A stretch of DNA of 64,000 nt from an uncultured Gemmatimonadales bacterium (GTDB lineage Bacteria; Gemmatimonadota; Gemmatimonadetes; Gemmatimonadales; GWC2-71-9), in the NCBI GenBank assembly GCA_963795085.1, contig CAWCFX010000003.1, positions 259,411 through 323,410 on the forward strand, given 5' to 3'. Made by a program: the position numbers and the translations under genes. The first letter of the stretch is position 1. Each line of letters begins with the position of its first letter. Positions 9,296 to 18,906 of the stretch are shown here, piece after piece. Under the pieces are notes generated by a model that was not told the DNA's origin, searched no databases, and saw nothing but the letters and a program-made list of their open reading frames with translations.

Positions 9296-10115
9296 TCACG
9301 CGAGGAATCCCGCCGGCACCGATTCCACCACCGTCACCGCCTGCCCCACCCGCAGCACGCCCGCCTGCCGGTGCACCACGTTCTGGCCGAAATAGACCTG
9401 GCCGTTCCATTTCCGGAAGGTGGCCAGGGTGCGGAGCGGCTCCTTGCCGGCCACGCCGGTCTGCTGGTCGATGGTGGTCGTCACGCAGCGGTCACAGGGC
9501 TTGACCACGGCGAACTCGACCGCCCCGATCCGGAATTGTTTCCACCGATCCTCGTCGAAGGGCGTGCTGCCGCTCACCACCAGGTTGGGGCGAAACCGGT
9601 TCATCGGCAGCGCCGTCTCCATCCGCTGGTTCAGGTCCACCAGCGAACTCGATCCGATCAGCAGCAAGGGATAGGCGTCGGCGAAGCTGACCCGACGCCG
9701 CGCCGCGACATAGCCGGGATTGGCCCGCCGGAAGGTGGACTCCGGCATGTACACCAGCCGGGCCGGGAAACCCAGGCAGCCGGTGAACCAGGCGGCCGCT
9801 TCCTCGCCTCCGTCCTGGGCCTCGCAGCGATCGCCCCAGATCACGACCGGGACTCGCGGGGCGTGCGCCGGCGGGGGGGCCACCCGGAGCCGGCGGCGTC
9901 GGGCCGATGCCGACCAGCATGGTGTCGCCCTCCAGGGCGACCTCGACCAACGCCATGCGATGGCTCTCCCGCTGGCTCACGAATCTCCCCGCGCCATCGA
10001 CGACCATCCAGCGCCGGTCACCCACGATGCCGAAGTCATCGAGGGAGGCGCTGGCCAGGGGAACGCCCCGGGCCGATTTCAGGGGATAGACCGTGAGCGC
10101 ACTCAGCTCGATCAC
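9296..10115 (-). pseudogene. MOSC domain protein (YcbX-like: N-terminal beta-barrel + MOSC) interrupted by a +1 frameshift
   Basis: N-terminal half is in the frame of ORF 9492..10550, from GTG at 10115: VIELSALTVYPLKSARGVPLASASLDDFGIVGDRRWMVVD... C-terminal half is ORF 9296..9883: ...VIWGDRCEAQDGGEEAAAWF...FADAYPLLLIGSSSLVDLN...FRPNLVV...VKPCDRCVTTTIDQ. Total span is 820 nt (3n+1). The frames meet at the G7 run 9873-9879. Could be a sequencing error rather than a true pseudogene. Confidence 0.7.
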
Positions 10116-10567
10116 GGCGCTTCCTCCCTGGCGTAGACATCGGACCGCTGAATTTCCATGAAGCCCTCCGGATTGGCGACCGCCGTAAATCCCGCTTTCC
10201 GATAGAGCGCGTGGGCATCGCGCGTCACCAGCAGCCAGCGCCGAAGCCCCTGCAGCTCCGGCGTCTCCAGCATGCACTGCATCAGCCAGCGGGCCAGCCC
10301 CCGCTGCCGGTATTCCTCCAGCACGAAGACGTCGGCCACATACGCGAACGTTGCCTGGTCGGAGATCACCCGGCCAAACCCTACCTGGCGCGCGCCATAG
10401 ATACCATAGGCCAGCGAGCCACGGATGGCGCGTTCGATGACCTCCCGCCCGATGCCGGCCGCCCAGTAGGACCGGCGCAGGTAGTCGTGGATTCCCTCGA
10501 CATCGAGGCGGGCCGGATCGGTGCTGATGGTCCACCCACCGCGGACCCACTCGTGGACGGGGCTCAC
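10112..10567 (-). CDS. GNAT family N-acetyltransferase
   Basis: 151-aa ORF. Acetyl-CoA binding core VLEEYRQRGLARWLM (Q/R-x-x-G-x-A). GTG start overlaps the kinase stop (GTGA), and its own stop overlaps the MOSC GTG start (GTGA). Confidence 0.8.
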   Translation of the reverse strand: MSPVHEWVRGGWTISTDPARLDVEGIHDYLRRSYWAAGIGREVIERAIRGSLAYGIYGARQVGFGRVISDQATFAYVADVFVLEEYRQRGLARWLMQCMLETPELQGLRRWLLVTRDAHALYRKAGFTAVANPEGFMEIQRSDVYAREEAP

Positions 10568-13500
10568 GGCGCCGGCGGTTTGGCGACAGGAATGGTGATC
10601 ACCACCTGGGTGCCCTGCCCCACCTCGCTCGCGACTGTAACCTTGCCGCCCCAGCTCTCCACCAGCCGGCGCACAATGGGCAGACCCAGTCCGGACCCGC
10701 TGGTGGTGGTAGAAAAACGTGGCTCGAAGATCCGGGGCAGCTGGCCGGGCGAGATGCCTGCCCCGTCGTCAATCACCGTAATCCGTCCCTCGGCCACCTC
10801 GACTCGCATCTCCCGGGCGCCGGCGTTCCTGGCATTCTCCAGGAGGTTGACCAGCACTTCCCGGATTTCGTCTCTCCGCGCCACACCCCAGGCCGGGGCA
10901 ACCCCGTGCAGGGTGACCCGGGCTCCCTGGTCGGCGAGTTGGTAGAGCTGGATCACCTCGGCAGCCGCGGCGGTCAGCTCGACCGGTTCCAGCGGAGCGG
11001 TCGGTTCGACCGGTGCGCCATAGCGGCTGAAGGCCCGCGCGATGGTATCCAGCCGGTCGATCTCGGCGAGGATGCGCGCCGAGGTCTCCCCCAGAATGTG
11101 GTCGAAATCGCCCCGCTGGTCCCGGTGCACCCGAAGCAGGTGCTGCACGCCGAGCCGGAGCGGGGTCAGCGGGTTCTTGATCTCATGCGCCACCTGGCGG
11201 GCCATTTCCCCCCAGGCCAGCACCCGCTCGGCCCGGGAGACATCGGTGAAGTCGTTGAGGGCCACCACGACGCCCCGTAACCCCGACTCCAGCCGGCCCA
11301 GCTGCACCCGGATGCGGCGGCCCCGGGCCTCCACCTCCCGCGAGAGGGTACGGTCGTCCTGCCCAGCCAGTTCCCGGGTGACCGCATCGACCAGCGGCCG
11401 CCACTCCACTCCCAGGTGATCGGCGAGCCGATCGCCGGGCCGCACCGTGATGCCCAGCATTTCCTCGGCGCGTCGATTGGCGAGCAATACTTTGCCCTGG
11501 GTGTCCAGCGCGATCACCCCGGTCGCCACCGTGGCCAGTACCGCCGCGGTGCGCGAACGGGAGTCCTCGAGGGCAGCCTGGCTGGTCCGGATGTCCAGAG
11601 CCATCCGGTCGAAGGCGCCGAAGACTTCCTCGAACTCGACGGGCGGATCCTGGGCCGGCAGCGTGACACCCTGTCCCCGGCCGACCGCGAGGGCGGAGCG
11701 GCGCAGGTCGGCCACTGGACGGGAGAGTGCACGGGACGCCGCCTGGGCCGCCGACAGGGCCGCGGCCACCCCGACGAACGTGGCCAGCAGCAGCACGAGA
11801 ATGAGGTCGGTCTGCTGCTCCCCCAGTTCGGGATCGTGCGCCGGTTGCGGCGTGGCCAGAATGCCGACCTCGCCCGGGTCTCCCGGCCGCACGACCCGGT
11901 AACCCATCCGGATCTGCGGTTCATCCAGGGCGCCCTCGCTGGTGACATCGAGCTCGTCCTCGACGGCGAGCTGAAGAAACGCTTCCGGAGGCTGAACCAG
12001 CTGGGGGATGATGCCAAGTTCCACGAGCAGCGGCGCCGAAGAGGCGGCCAGGGTCCCGCCGTAATACAGGCCCAGATCCGCATCGATCCGCCGGCTGAGT
12101 TGCACCAGGGCCTCGCGCACCGAGGCGCTGTTGGGCTGACCCAGGCTGCCGGCGGCCAGGACGGCATCGCGCAGCGTCTGGGTGATGACGATCGTCTGGG
12201 TCCGGTCATCGTCGGCCCGGAGCCGGGCGATGCCCCACCCGGCGAACCCGACCGCGGGCAGAAGAAAGAACCCGCTCAGGGCCAGGGCGAGCCGGAACTG
12301 GTAGGAACGCCGGAGACGGGTCCACTCCGGCAGCTGGACAGCGGACCCCACCAGGAATTCCGTCAGAAACCAGAGAATGAACAGCAGGCCGATATCGGCC
12401 ATCACCACGAGGATGCCCCGAACGAAGATGGGAGCCGGTCCCCGCATGTCCACCACCGCGTGCACATGGCGCACGCCGTCCAGCAGTACCAGCTGCCGCT
12501 CCCCGCGGATTCGCCAGCCATCCCGGTACCAGCGGAGCCGCAGACTGTCCACCCTGGCCCCTGGCTCGGGGAGGGAAAGACTCAGGGCATAGAGGGGCAC
12601 GTCCTCAGCCGGACGGCGCAGCAGGCGTCCCAGCCGGGCCGGCATGATCAGCCGGGTCCGGGGCCCGATCACCACGCTCGCCACCGCGCCATCGGCCAGC
12701 CGCTGGAGAAGGATGGAATGCACGCCGGGCGTGCGCGCCAGCTGGACGGTTTCCCGGGTGTCGGCCGAATCCAGGTTCTGAACCAGCGTCGCCAGCAGGG
12801 AGTGGGGCACATCCATCGAATCGAGCGCCACCTCGACCAGCGGGGTGCCGTCGGGGGACCAGAGGCCCAGGTGGGTGGGATATTCTTCCTGTCCCAGCGG
12901 GCTGGCCTTCCAGCGGGCGTACAGCTCGGCGCCGCTCGCGGGGGGCGGTCCCACGGTCATCGCTTCGCCGAACAACTCGAGCAGCCGGCGGTCCAGTGGA
13001 TCGGCCGCCGACCCGAGACCGCCCACATCCTTGCGGGCGACGTTGAGCCGTCCCTCCAGCACAGCGCCCCAGGTGATCAGCGCCGCGGCGCACCCGGCCA
13101 CGATCGCGATGCCCGCCGTCGCCCCCCGCCGCGGGGCCGGCCGGGTGACCAGGAAGACCGCGGGCGTCCAGAGGAACGTGTACCAGGGCGGCCACCCGAT
13201 GCGGGGTCCCCAGACGTAGATCCCGGCGATGCCGGCGAGGATGGCCATTGCCATGCCCAGCCAGATCGAAGCCGGGGTGCGGGAGATTTCCCGGGTGCCC
13301 CGGAAGAACGCGGCGGCCAGCGCGATGGGCGCGGCGGTCGCGAGGAGGAGCGTCGTTTGCCAGGTCAGCCACAGGCTCAGCGGGACGCCATTGGCGGGGG
13401 GCGTGATGCCCCGTCCCAGTTCCCGCATCGCATACGGCGCTACCAGGAGGAGAGCGGCGCCGGCCAGCGCGGTGTACCAGCGGACCGGGATGCGGCGCCG

Positions 13501-14583
13501 CCAGATGGCAATGGCGGCGATGATGACGAGCGTACTGAAGATCACCAGCGCCCCGGCGGAACTGGAGAGGGGACCCAGCAGGGGGCGATAAAAGGTGGCG
13601 GAGGAAAACCAGCCGGCCAGGCCGAGGTAGTCGCCGGCCGGGGCGCGGAGAAACAGCCAGAGTACGGCCGTCAGGAGCAGCAACCGCGCTACCGTAGAAG
13701 GGGCAAGCAGGATCGCCAGCGCGATGACCCAGAGAAGCAGCGCGGTGACGATCACGCCCGACTCCGCCAGGGCGGCCTCCTTGGAGCGGCCCTGCTCCGG
13801 CGGCAGCGGCTCCGCCGCGAACAACTGCCGCATGCCCGCGGTGGTCGGCTGTTCATACACGAAGACCGAATCGCCGGGCGAAACCCCTGCCGCGGGGTAG
13901 ATCAGGAGGCCAACTTTGGTTTTGTGGCGGAACCGCTCGGCCAGGCTGGCGTCGCGGTCGGGCGCCGAGGGCGCGGCCCAGAGGAGCAGGCTGGCCACGG
14001 CGGTCCGGCCGTCACCCAGGTCGCGGCGGGTTTCCAGCACCACGTAGAACGTGCTGGCCCGGACCTGGAGAAAGTCACCCTCCGCCGACGGGGCGATCCG
14101 GAAGCGACCGGCCCAGGCGAAGGGCACGTCATCCGCATCGAGCACGGCGACGCCGATCTCCGTTTCGGCGGCGGCCACGGCCGCGCGCAGGCGATCGAAC
14201 GCGGCGTTCCGCTCGCGGCCGGCCGCTTCGCCGGCTGCCGCGACCAGAGCCTCGGTCTGCTGCTGGGCGTCGCGGAGTTCGCCGTCCAGCGCTTCGAAGG
14301 CACGGGTGACCAGGGATTCACGTATCTTTGGCCAGGTCTGATCGATGGCCCGAATGCGCAGGAACTGGAGGGAGACCGCGACGGCGAGGAGCAGGATCGA
14401 GATGAGGGCCGCTCGCCGGGCCCGCGTGGCGGCCGGCTGGAGCGACCAGGCCGCGGCGAGGGCCGCCAGCCACACGGCCAGGACGGGGAGAATGCCGGGA
14501 TGGCGAAGCCATTCCGCCGAGGCAACCGCCAGGCCGAGGACAGCCAACACCCAACCACGGGCTCGATGACTCAAGTGGAACAT
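10564..14583 (-). CDS. large multi-TM sensor histidine kinase (HAMP-like linker, PAS, HisKA, HATPase_c; NtrY-like core)
   Basis: ORF 10564..15045, with the start placed at MFHLSHRARGWVLAVLGL (complement of 14581-14583). About 15 hydrophobic helices and two long loop domains come first. Then PAS (AAVLATVATGVIALDTQGKVLLANRRAEEMLG), H-box HEIKNPLTP, N-box LVNLLENARNA, and G-boxes DDGAGI / GSGLGLPIV. No response regulator gene is adjacent. Confidence 0.8.
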   Translation of the reverse strand: MFHLSHRARGWVLAVLGLAVASAEWLRHPGILPVLAVWLAALAAAWSLQPAATRARRAALISILLLAVAVSLQFLRIRAIDQTWPKIRESLVTRAFEALDGELRDAQQQTEALVAAAGEAAGRERNAAFDRLRAAVAAAETEIGVAVLDADDVPFAWAGRFRIAPSAEGDFLQVRASTFYVVLETRRDLGDGRTAVASLLLWAAPSAPDRDASLAERFRHKTKVGLLIYPAAGVSPGDSVFVYEQPTTAGMRQLFAAEPLPPEQGRSKEAALAESGVIVTALLLWVIALAILLAPSTVARLLLLTAVLWLFLRAPAGDYLGLAGWFSSATFYRPLLGPLSSSAGALVIFSTLVIIAAIAIWRRRIPVRWYTALAGAALLLVAPYAMRELGRGITPPANGVPLSLWLTWQTTLLLATAAPIALAAAFFRGTREISRTPASIWLGMAMAILAGIAGIYVWGPRIGWPPWYTFLWTPAVFLVTRPAPRRGATAGIAIVAGCAAALITWGAVLEGRLNVARKDVGGLGSAADPLDRRLLELFGEAMTVGPPPASGAELYARWKASPLGQEEYPTHLGLWSPDGTPLVEVALDSMDVPHSLLATLVQNLDSADTRETVQLARTPGVHSILLQRLADGAVASVVIGPRTRLIMPARLGRLLRRPAEDVPLYALSLSLPEPGARVDSLRLRWYRDGWRIRGERQLVLLDGVRHVHAVVDMRGPAPIFVRGILVVMADIGLLFILWFLTEFLVGSAVQLPEWTRLRRSYQFRLALALSGFFLLPAVGFAGWGIARLRADDDRTQTIVITQTLRDAVLAAGSLGQPNSASVREALVQLSRRIDADLGLYYGGTLAASSAPLLVELGIIPQLVQPPEAFLQLAVEDELDVTSEGALDEPQIRMGYRVVRPGDPGEVGILATPQPAHDPELGEQQTDLILVLLLATFVGVAAALSAAQAASRALSRPVADLRRSALAVGRGQGVTLPAQDPPVEFEEVFGAFDRMALDIRTSQAALEDSRSRTAAVLATVATGVIALDTQGKVLLANRRAEEMLGITVRPGDRLADHLGVEWRPLVDAVTRELAGQDDRTLSREVEARGRRIRVQLGRLESGLRGVVVALNDFTDVSRAERVLAWGEMARQVAHEIKNPLTPLRLGVQHLLRVHRDQRGDFDHILGETSARILAEIDRLDTIARAFSRYGAPVEPTAPLEPVELTAAAAEVIQLYQLADQGARVTLHGVAPAWGVARRDEIREVLVNLLENARNAGAREMRVEVAEGRITVIDDGAGISPGQLPRIFEPRFSTTTSGSGLGLPIVRRLVESWGGKVTVASEVGQGTQVVITIPVAKPPAP

Positions 14584-14601
14584 CCCTGGCGATTGAAAGA
14601 C

Positions 14602-15303
14602 ATGACCCCCGCGGAAGTCCGCAGCCTGCTGGTGGGCCGACCCTGGCTGATCGTGCCGGTGGGCACCACCGAACAGCACGGACCCCACCTGCCCCTCGGC
14701 ATTGACAGCATCATCGTCGAGCGGCTGGCCGATGACCTCTCGGCCCGGTTCTCGATTCCCCGGGCGCCGACCCTCGAATACGGCGTCAACACTTCGACCC
14801 GCTGGACCTTTACCGGCGGGGCAACGCTCAAACGCAAGACCCTCCACCGGGTCATGAACGAACTGGTCGAGTCCTGGGAAAACTTTGCCCAGGTCCGCGA
14901 GTTCGTGGTCCTGACGGCACAGGGCGGCGAGGCCCACCAGGAGGCCCTGAGCACGATCCGGGTGCTGCAATCCCGGGTCCAGGTGGTCGATATCTTTGCC
15001 CTGGACTTCTCCCATGTCCTCGAACGGCCGGGCGGGCCGATTCACGGAGGCGAGGTGGACACCTCGCTTCTATTATACATCGCTCCCCATCTGGTACGAA
15101 TGTCGGACGCCCAGGACTATGCGTTGACGCCGAAACAGCTCACCCGCTACCGCCGGGGCGAGAGCCGGCCCATCCCTACCATCGTCGGATCGCTGGGCTT
15201 CCCCAGCCGCGCCTCGGCCCAGAAGGGGGAGCAACTGTATAGATTCATTCTGGATCGCATCGCCGAGCGGTGTTTCTCGTTCATTCCTGAAGCGGAAGGC
15301 TGA
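14602..15303 (+). CDS. creatininase-family amidohydrolase
   Basis: 3' part of ORF 11416..15303. MTPAEVRSLLVGRPWLIVPVGTTEQHGPHLPLGIDSIIVERLA... matches the family signature (G-x-x-EQHG-x-HLP-x-x-D). An alternative ATG at 14566 would overlap the kinase start by 18 nt. Confidence 0.8.
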   Translation: MTPAEVRSLLVGRPWLIVPVGTTEQHGPHLPLGIDSIIVERLADDLSARFSIPRAPTLEYGVNTSTRWTFTGGATLKRKTLHRVMNELVESWENFAQVREFVVLTAQGGEAHQEALSTIRVLQSRVQVVDIFALDFSHVLERPGGPIHGGEVDTSLLLYIAPHLVRMSDAQDYALTPKQLTRYRRGESRPIPTIVGSLGFPSRASAQKGEQLYRFILDRIAERCFSFIPEAEG

Positions 15304-15307
15304 CCTG

Positions 15308-15955
15308 ATGCGACGTCTTCTCCTCGCAGCAGTCCTGGTCCTCCCCCCCACGGCGGAAGCCCAGTCGATCGACAACGGCACCTTCAGTATTCGGCGGGCA
15401 GGGAGGGAGATCGGCCGGGAGGAGCTGATGATCGAGGAGGGGCGCCGCGGCGTCCCCGGGGGCAGTACCGTCACCTCGAGGGTGCGGATCCCGGCTGTCG
15501 CCCCGACCTTCATCCAGGAATCGGTGATCGAACGCCGGGCGGACGGAAGCTTCGCCAACATGGTGATCAACTCCGCGACGGGATCGGTCTCGACGCGGAT
15601 CATCGCCGAAGTCGCCCGGCATGCGCTCCGCATCCATACGGCCGCCGGGGGCACCGAGCGGATCCGGGAACTGCCGGCCGCGGCCAACCTGCTGGGACTG
15701 GCCGACAGCGCTTTTGCGCTCTATGCGCTGGCGGCCGATCTCGCGACCGCGGAACCGCTCGAGGTGACCGGAGTCTATCCGGCAGCCGCCCGACGGGTTT
15801 CGTTCACGGCCCGACGAGTGAGCGACCCGGCCCAGGGAACCCGCATCATACTGGCCGGGGAAATCGCCGGCACCATCTGGCTCGATTCCGAGGGTCATCT
15901 GCAGCGCATCGCCCTGCCGGATGCCGGCCTGGAAATCATTCGCCTGCGCCGGTAA
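15308..15955 (+). CDS. hypothetical secreted protein
   Basis: 215-aa ORF beginning 5 nt after the creatininase stop. Signal peptide MRRLLLAAVLVLPPTAEAQ. No motif recognised. Confidence 0.5.
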   Translation: MRRLLLAAVLVLPPTAEAQSIDNGTFSIRRAGREIGREELMIEEGRRGVPGGSTVTSRVRIPAVAPTFIQESVIERRADGSFANMVINSATGSVSTRIIAEVARHALRIHTAAGGTERIRELPAAANLLGLADSAFALYALAADLATAEPLEVTGVYPAAARRVSFTARRVSDPAQGTRIILAGEIAGTIWLDSEGHLQRIALPDAGLEIIRLRR

Positions 15956-16095
15956 GCGTTCCCGCCGCAGTCCCCATATAGCATAACCAATTGACGAACA
16001 ACTGTTTACCAGCTGTTCGTCGCAGGGTGAAACCTCCTGGATTGCCCCCCCGTATGGGGGGCTGTCCTACCTTCCCGTTCCCCGAGGAATCTGAC

Positions 16096-17616
16096 ATGGG
16101 TCGTGTGCTTGCTCTCAGCGTGCTCCTGGGTTTTCCATCGGTCGTGGCGGCCCAGGATTCAGTCAGAATGGCGATCCCTGCCCCAGCCGTGACCCTCACC
16201 CTCGCCGAGGCTCTGGAGCGGGCCCGGGGCAACAGTCCCGCCTTTCGCCAGGCCACCAATGATGCCGGCCCCGCGCGGTGGGGGGTCCGCAACGCCTACG
16301 GGAATTTTCTCCCGACCGTGAGCGTCAACGGGGGGGTCGGGTACACCGGGAGTGGCCAGTCCAATTTTGGCGGCGGCTTCATTCGGGAGACGTCGCCGAT
16401 CGTGAATTCCAACTACGGCCTGAACCTGAACTGGCAACTGGACGGTTCCGTGCTGAGCGGGCCGGGCCGGGCCAAGGCCAGCCAGCGGGCCACCGAGGCG
16501 GAAATCACCGGGGCCGAATCCAATCTCCGGTTCGATATCACCAACCAGTATCTCACCGCTCTCCAGGCGACGGCGCAGGTCGCCGTGAACCGGCAGCAGG
16601 TGATCCGGCAGGACGACTTCCTTCGGCTGGCGCAGGCCAAGTACCAGGTGGGCCAGGCCACGCTGATCGATGTGCGGCAGGCCGAGGTGCAGAAGGGGCA
16701 GGCCGAGGTGACGCTGCTGCGGTCGGTGCAGGCGGAATACGATGCCAAGCTGGAGTTGTTCCGCCGGATGGGCCTGGTGCCCCCGGTGTCGGTGGCCCAG
16801 GTCGGGCTGACGGACTCGTTTGCGGTCACCCAGCCGGCGTTCGACCTGCCGCAGCTGCTGGCCCTCGCGGAAGGAGAGAACCCCAGCCTCCGCGCGCTGC
16901 AGGCGCGGGAAGACGCGGCACAGTGGCAGGTGCGCGCGGCCAAGTCGCAGTATCTGCCGACGATCTCGGTCAATGCCGGGTGGGCCGGGTTCACTCAGCG
17001 GGTGACCGATGGGCAGTCGCTGGTGGACCAGGCGTATAACAGTGCCCTGGCCGGAGCCACCCAGTGCGACATCGACAACCAGATCCGGGCCGGCATCAAC
17101 CCGCCGCTTTCCCCGCTCAATTGCGATGCCCAGTTCTCCGATCCGACCCGGACCCAGTTGAACCCGACGCTCCGCAACTCGATTCTTTCCACCAACGACG
17201 TGGGCCTCTTCAACTTCGAGAGCCAGCCGTTCCGGGTCTCCCTGACGGTCTCGCTGCCGATCTTCACCGGCTTCAGCCGGAGCCTGCAGGTCTCCCAGGC
17301 GCGGGCGGCCCAGCTCGACCTCGACGAGAGCGTACGGGCCCAGGGGCTGCTGGTCCGCAGCGATGTCGAGTCGCGCTACCTGTCCATCCAGACCTCCCAC
17401 CAGGCGATCCTGGTGCAGCAGGCCAACCGGCAGGCGGCGGAGGACCAGCTCCGGCTGGCGCAGGACCGCTACCGGCTGGGCAGCGGCAACTCGCTGGAGC
17501 TGTCGACGGCCCAGAGTGACCTGGTTCGGGCGGAAGGCGACTATATCAACGCGGTCTACGATTATCACAAAGCCGTCGCGGCACTGGAAGCCGCGGTGGG
17601 CCGTCCTCTCCGTTAA
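16096..17616 (+). CDS. TolC-family outer membrane efflux protein
   Basis: Part of ORF 15991..17616; ATG at 16096 follows GAGGAA. Signal peptide MGRVLALSVLLGFPSVVAAQ. Two OEP repeats (LTLAEALERARGNSPAF...; NPSLRALQAREDAAQWQVRAAKSQYLPT...) and a C-terminal DYHKAVAALEAAVG. Confidence 0.85.
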   Translation: MGRVLALSVLLGFPSVVAAQDSVRMAIPAPAVTLTLAEALERARGNSPAFRQATNDAGPARWGVRNAYGNFLPTVSVNGGVGYTGSGQSNFGGGFIRETSPIVNSNYGLNLNWQLDGSVLSGPGRAKASQRATEAEITGAESNLRFDITNQYLTALQATAQVAVNRQQVIRQDDFLRLAQAKYQVGQATLIDVRQAEVQKGQAEVTLLRSVQAEYDAKLELFRRMGLVPPVSVAQVGLTDSFAVTQPAFDLPQLLALAEGENPSLRALQAREDAAQWQVRAAKSQYLPTISVNAGWAGFTQRVTDGQSLVDQAYNSALAGATQCDIDNQIRAGINPPLSPLNCDAQFSDPTRTQLNPTLRNSILSTNDVGLFNFESQPFRVSLTVSLPIFTGFSRSLQVSQARAAQLDLDESVRAQGLLVRSDVESRYLSIQTSHQAILVQQANRQAAEDQLRLAQDRYRLGSGNSLELSTAQSDLVRAEGDYINAVYDYHKAVAALEAAVGRPLR

Positions 17617-17628
17617 CAAGGAACGCAC

Positions 17629-18906
17629 ATGTCGCGACGTATGAAGTTGGGTCTCGTGGGTGGCGTGCTCATCGCGCTGATCGGCATTCCGCTCGCCCTG
17701 AGCGCCGCCCGCCGGGGTAACAAGGCGACCGACGTGCGGATCGAAAGTGTGGGACGGCGGGACCTGGTCTCGACGGTGACCGCGAGCGGACGGATCGACG
17801 CGAAGACGTCGGTCGCGGTAAGCGCCGATATCACCGGCCGGATCACCCGGATCGGCGTGCGGGAGGGCGACCTGGTACGGAAGGGCCAGTTCCTTCTTCA
17901 GATCGACCCGACCACCTATGAGGCCGCGGTGGCGCGGTCTCAGGCGCTGGTGGCCTCGAGCCAGGCCCAGATGGTCCAGGCCAAGGCGACCCTGGACCAG
18001 GCGGACCGGGCGCTTACCAGGGCGCAGGAGCTGCAGAAATCCGGCTCCACGCTGATTTCCGTGGAGGCGGTGGAGCAGGCCCAGACCTCGGTGGACGTGG
18101 CGCGGGCCAACTACAACGCCGCCCGGGCCCAGGTGGAGCAGGCCCAGGCGGGCCTCCAGGAGGCCCGCGACAACCTGTCCAAGACCCGCCTGGTGGCGCC
18201 CATGGCGGGCCGGGTGGTGCGGCTGCCGGTGGAGGAGGGGGAAGTCGCGGTGCCCGGCACCTTCTCCAGGGAGACAGCGCTGCTGATGACCATTGCGGAC
18301 CTGTCGGTGGTGCTGGCCAAGGTGAAGGTGGACGAGACCGACGTGGTGCGGCTGCACCTCGGCGATTCCGTCCAGGTGAGCATCGACGCGTTCCCCGACA
18401 CGTCGTTCACCGGCCGAGTCACCGAGATCAGCAACAGCGCCCAGCTCACCGCTACCTCCACCGCCGGCGGCTCCAGTGACCGGGCCGTGGACTTTGACGT
18501 CGAGGTGACCCTCGACAATCCCCCGGCGGACATCCGGCCCGACCTGAGCGCCACCGCCAAGATCATCACCGATACCCGGAAGAGCGTGCTGGCACTGCCG
18601 ATCATCGCCCTGACGGTACGCGAGAACCAGGTGGTGCCCAACGAATCGGCCCCTCCGGCGGCCCCGGCCGATACCGGCGCCCGGAAGAAAAAGGAGACCG
18701 AGGGCGTCTTCGTGGTCCGCAACGACCAGGCCTTCTTCGTACCGGTCCGGGTGGGCATCGCCGGCGAGGAGCATTTCGAGATCCTGACCGGCCTCAAGGA
18801 GGGCGACCGGATCGTGGCGGGCAGTTACCAGGCCATCCGGGAACTCAAGGACAGCACCCGGGTCCGGGCCAGCAACGACAGCGCCCGCGCCGGAGGCCCC
18901 CAGTGA
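17629..18906 (+). CDS. efflux transporter periplasmic adaptor (HlyD/MacA-type membrane fusion protein)
   Basis: 425-aa ORF. N-terminal TM anchor, lipoyl/barrel-sandwich segments ([25 protein letters not shown] ... [18 protein letters not shown]), and a long coiled-coil hairpin between them. Confidence 0.85.
   Translation: MSRRMKLGLVGGVLIALIGIPLALSAARRGNKATDVRIESVGRRDLVSTVTASGRIDAKTSVAVSADITGRITRIGVREGDLVRKGQFLLQIDPTTYEAAVARSQALVASSQAQMVQAKATLDQADRALTRAQELQKSGSTLISVEAVEQAQTSVDVARANYNAARAQVEQAQAGLQEARDNLSKTRLVAPMAGRVVRLPVEEGEVAVPGTFSRETALLMTIADLSVVLAKVKVDETDVVRLHLGDSVQVSIDAFPDTSFTGRVTEISNSAQLTATSTAGGSSDRAVDFDVEVTLDNPPADIRPDLSATAKIITDTRKSVLALPIIALTVRENQVVPNESAPPAAPADTGARKKKETEGVFVVRNDQAFFVPVRVGIAGEEHFEILTGLKEGDRIVAGSYQAIRELKDSTRVRASNDSARAGGPQ

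Noticed and set aside
7718-10096. 792-aa plus-strand ORF overlapping comM and the MOSC gene
   Set aside because: It lies antisense to two genes with clear family motifs. Its translation is Gly/Arg/Pro/Ala-rich low complexity with no recognisable motif. This is the typical shadow ORF of a high-GC genome, where stop codons are rare in off-frames.
14584-15045. N-terminal 154-codon extension of the histidine kinase ORF (track start at 15045)
   Set aside because: The extension overlaps the well-supported creatininase-family gene on the other strand and has no TM or domain features. The first hydrophobic helix of the kinase begins right after the Met at 14583.
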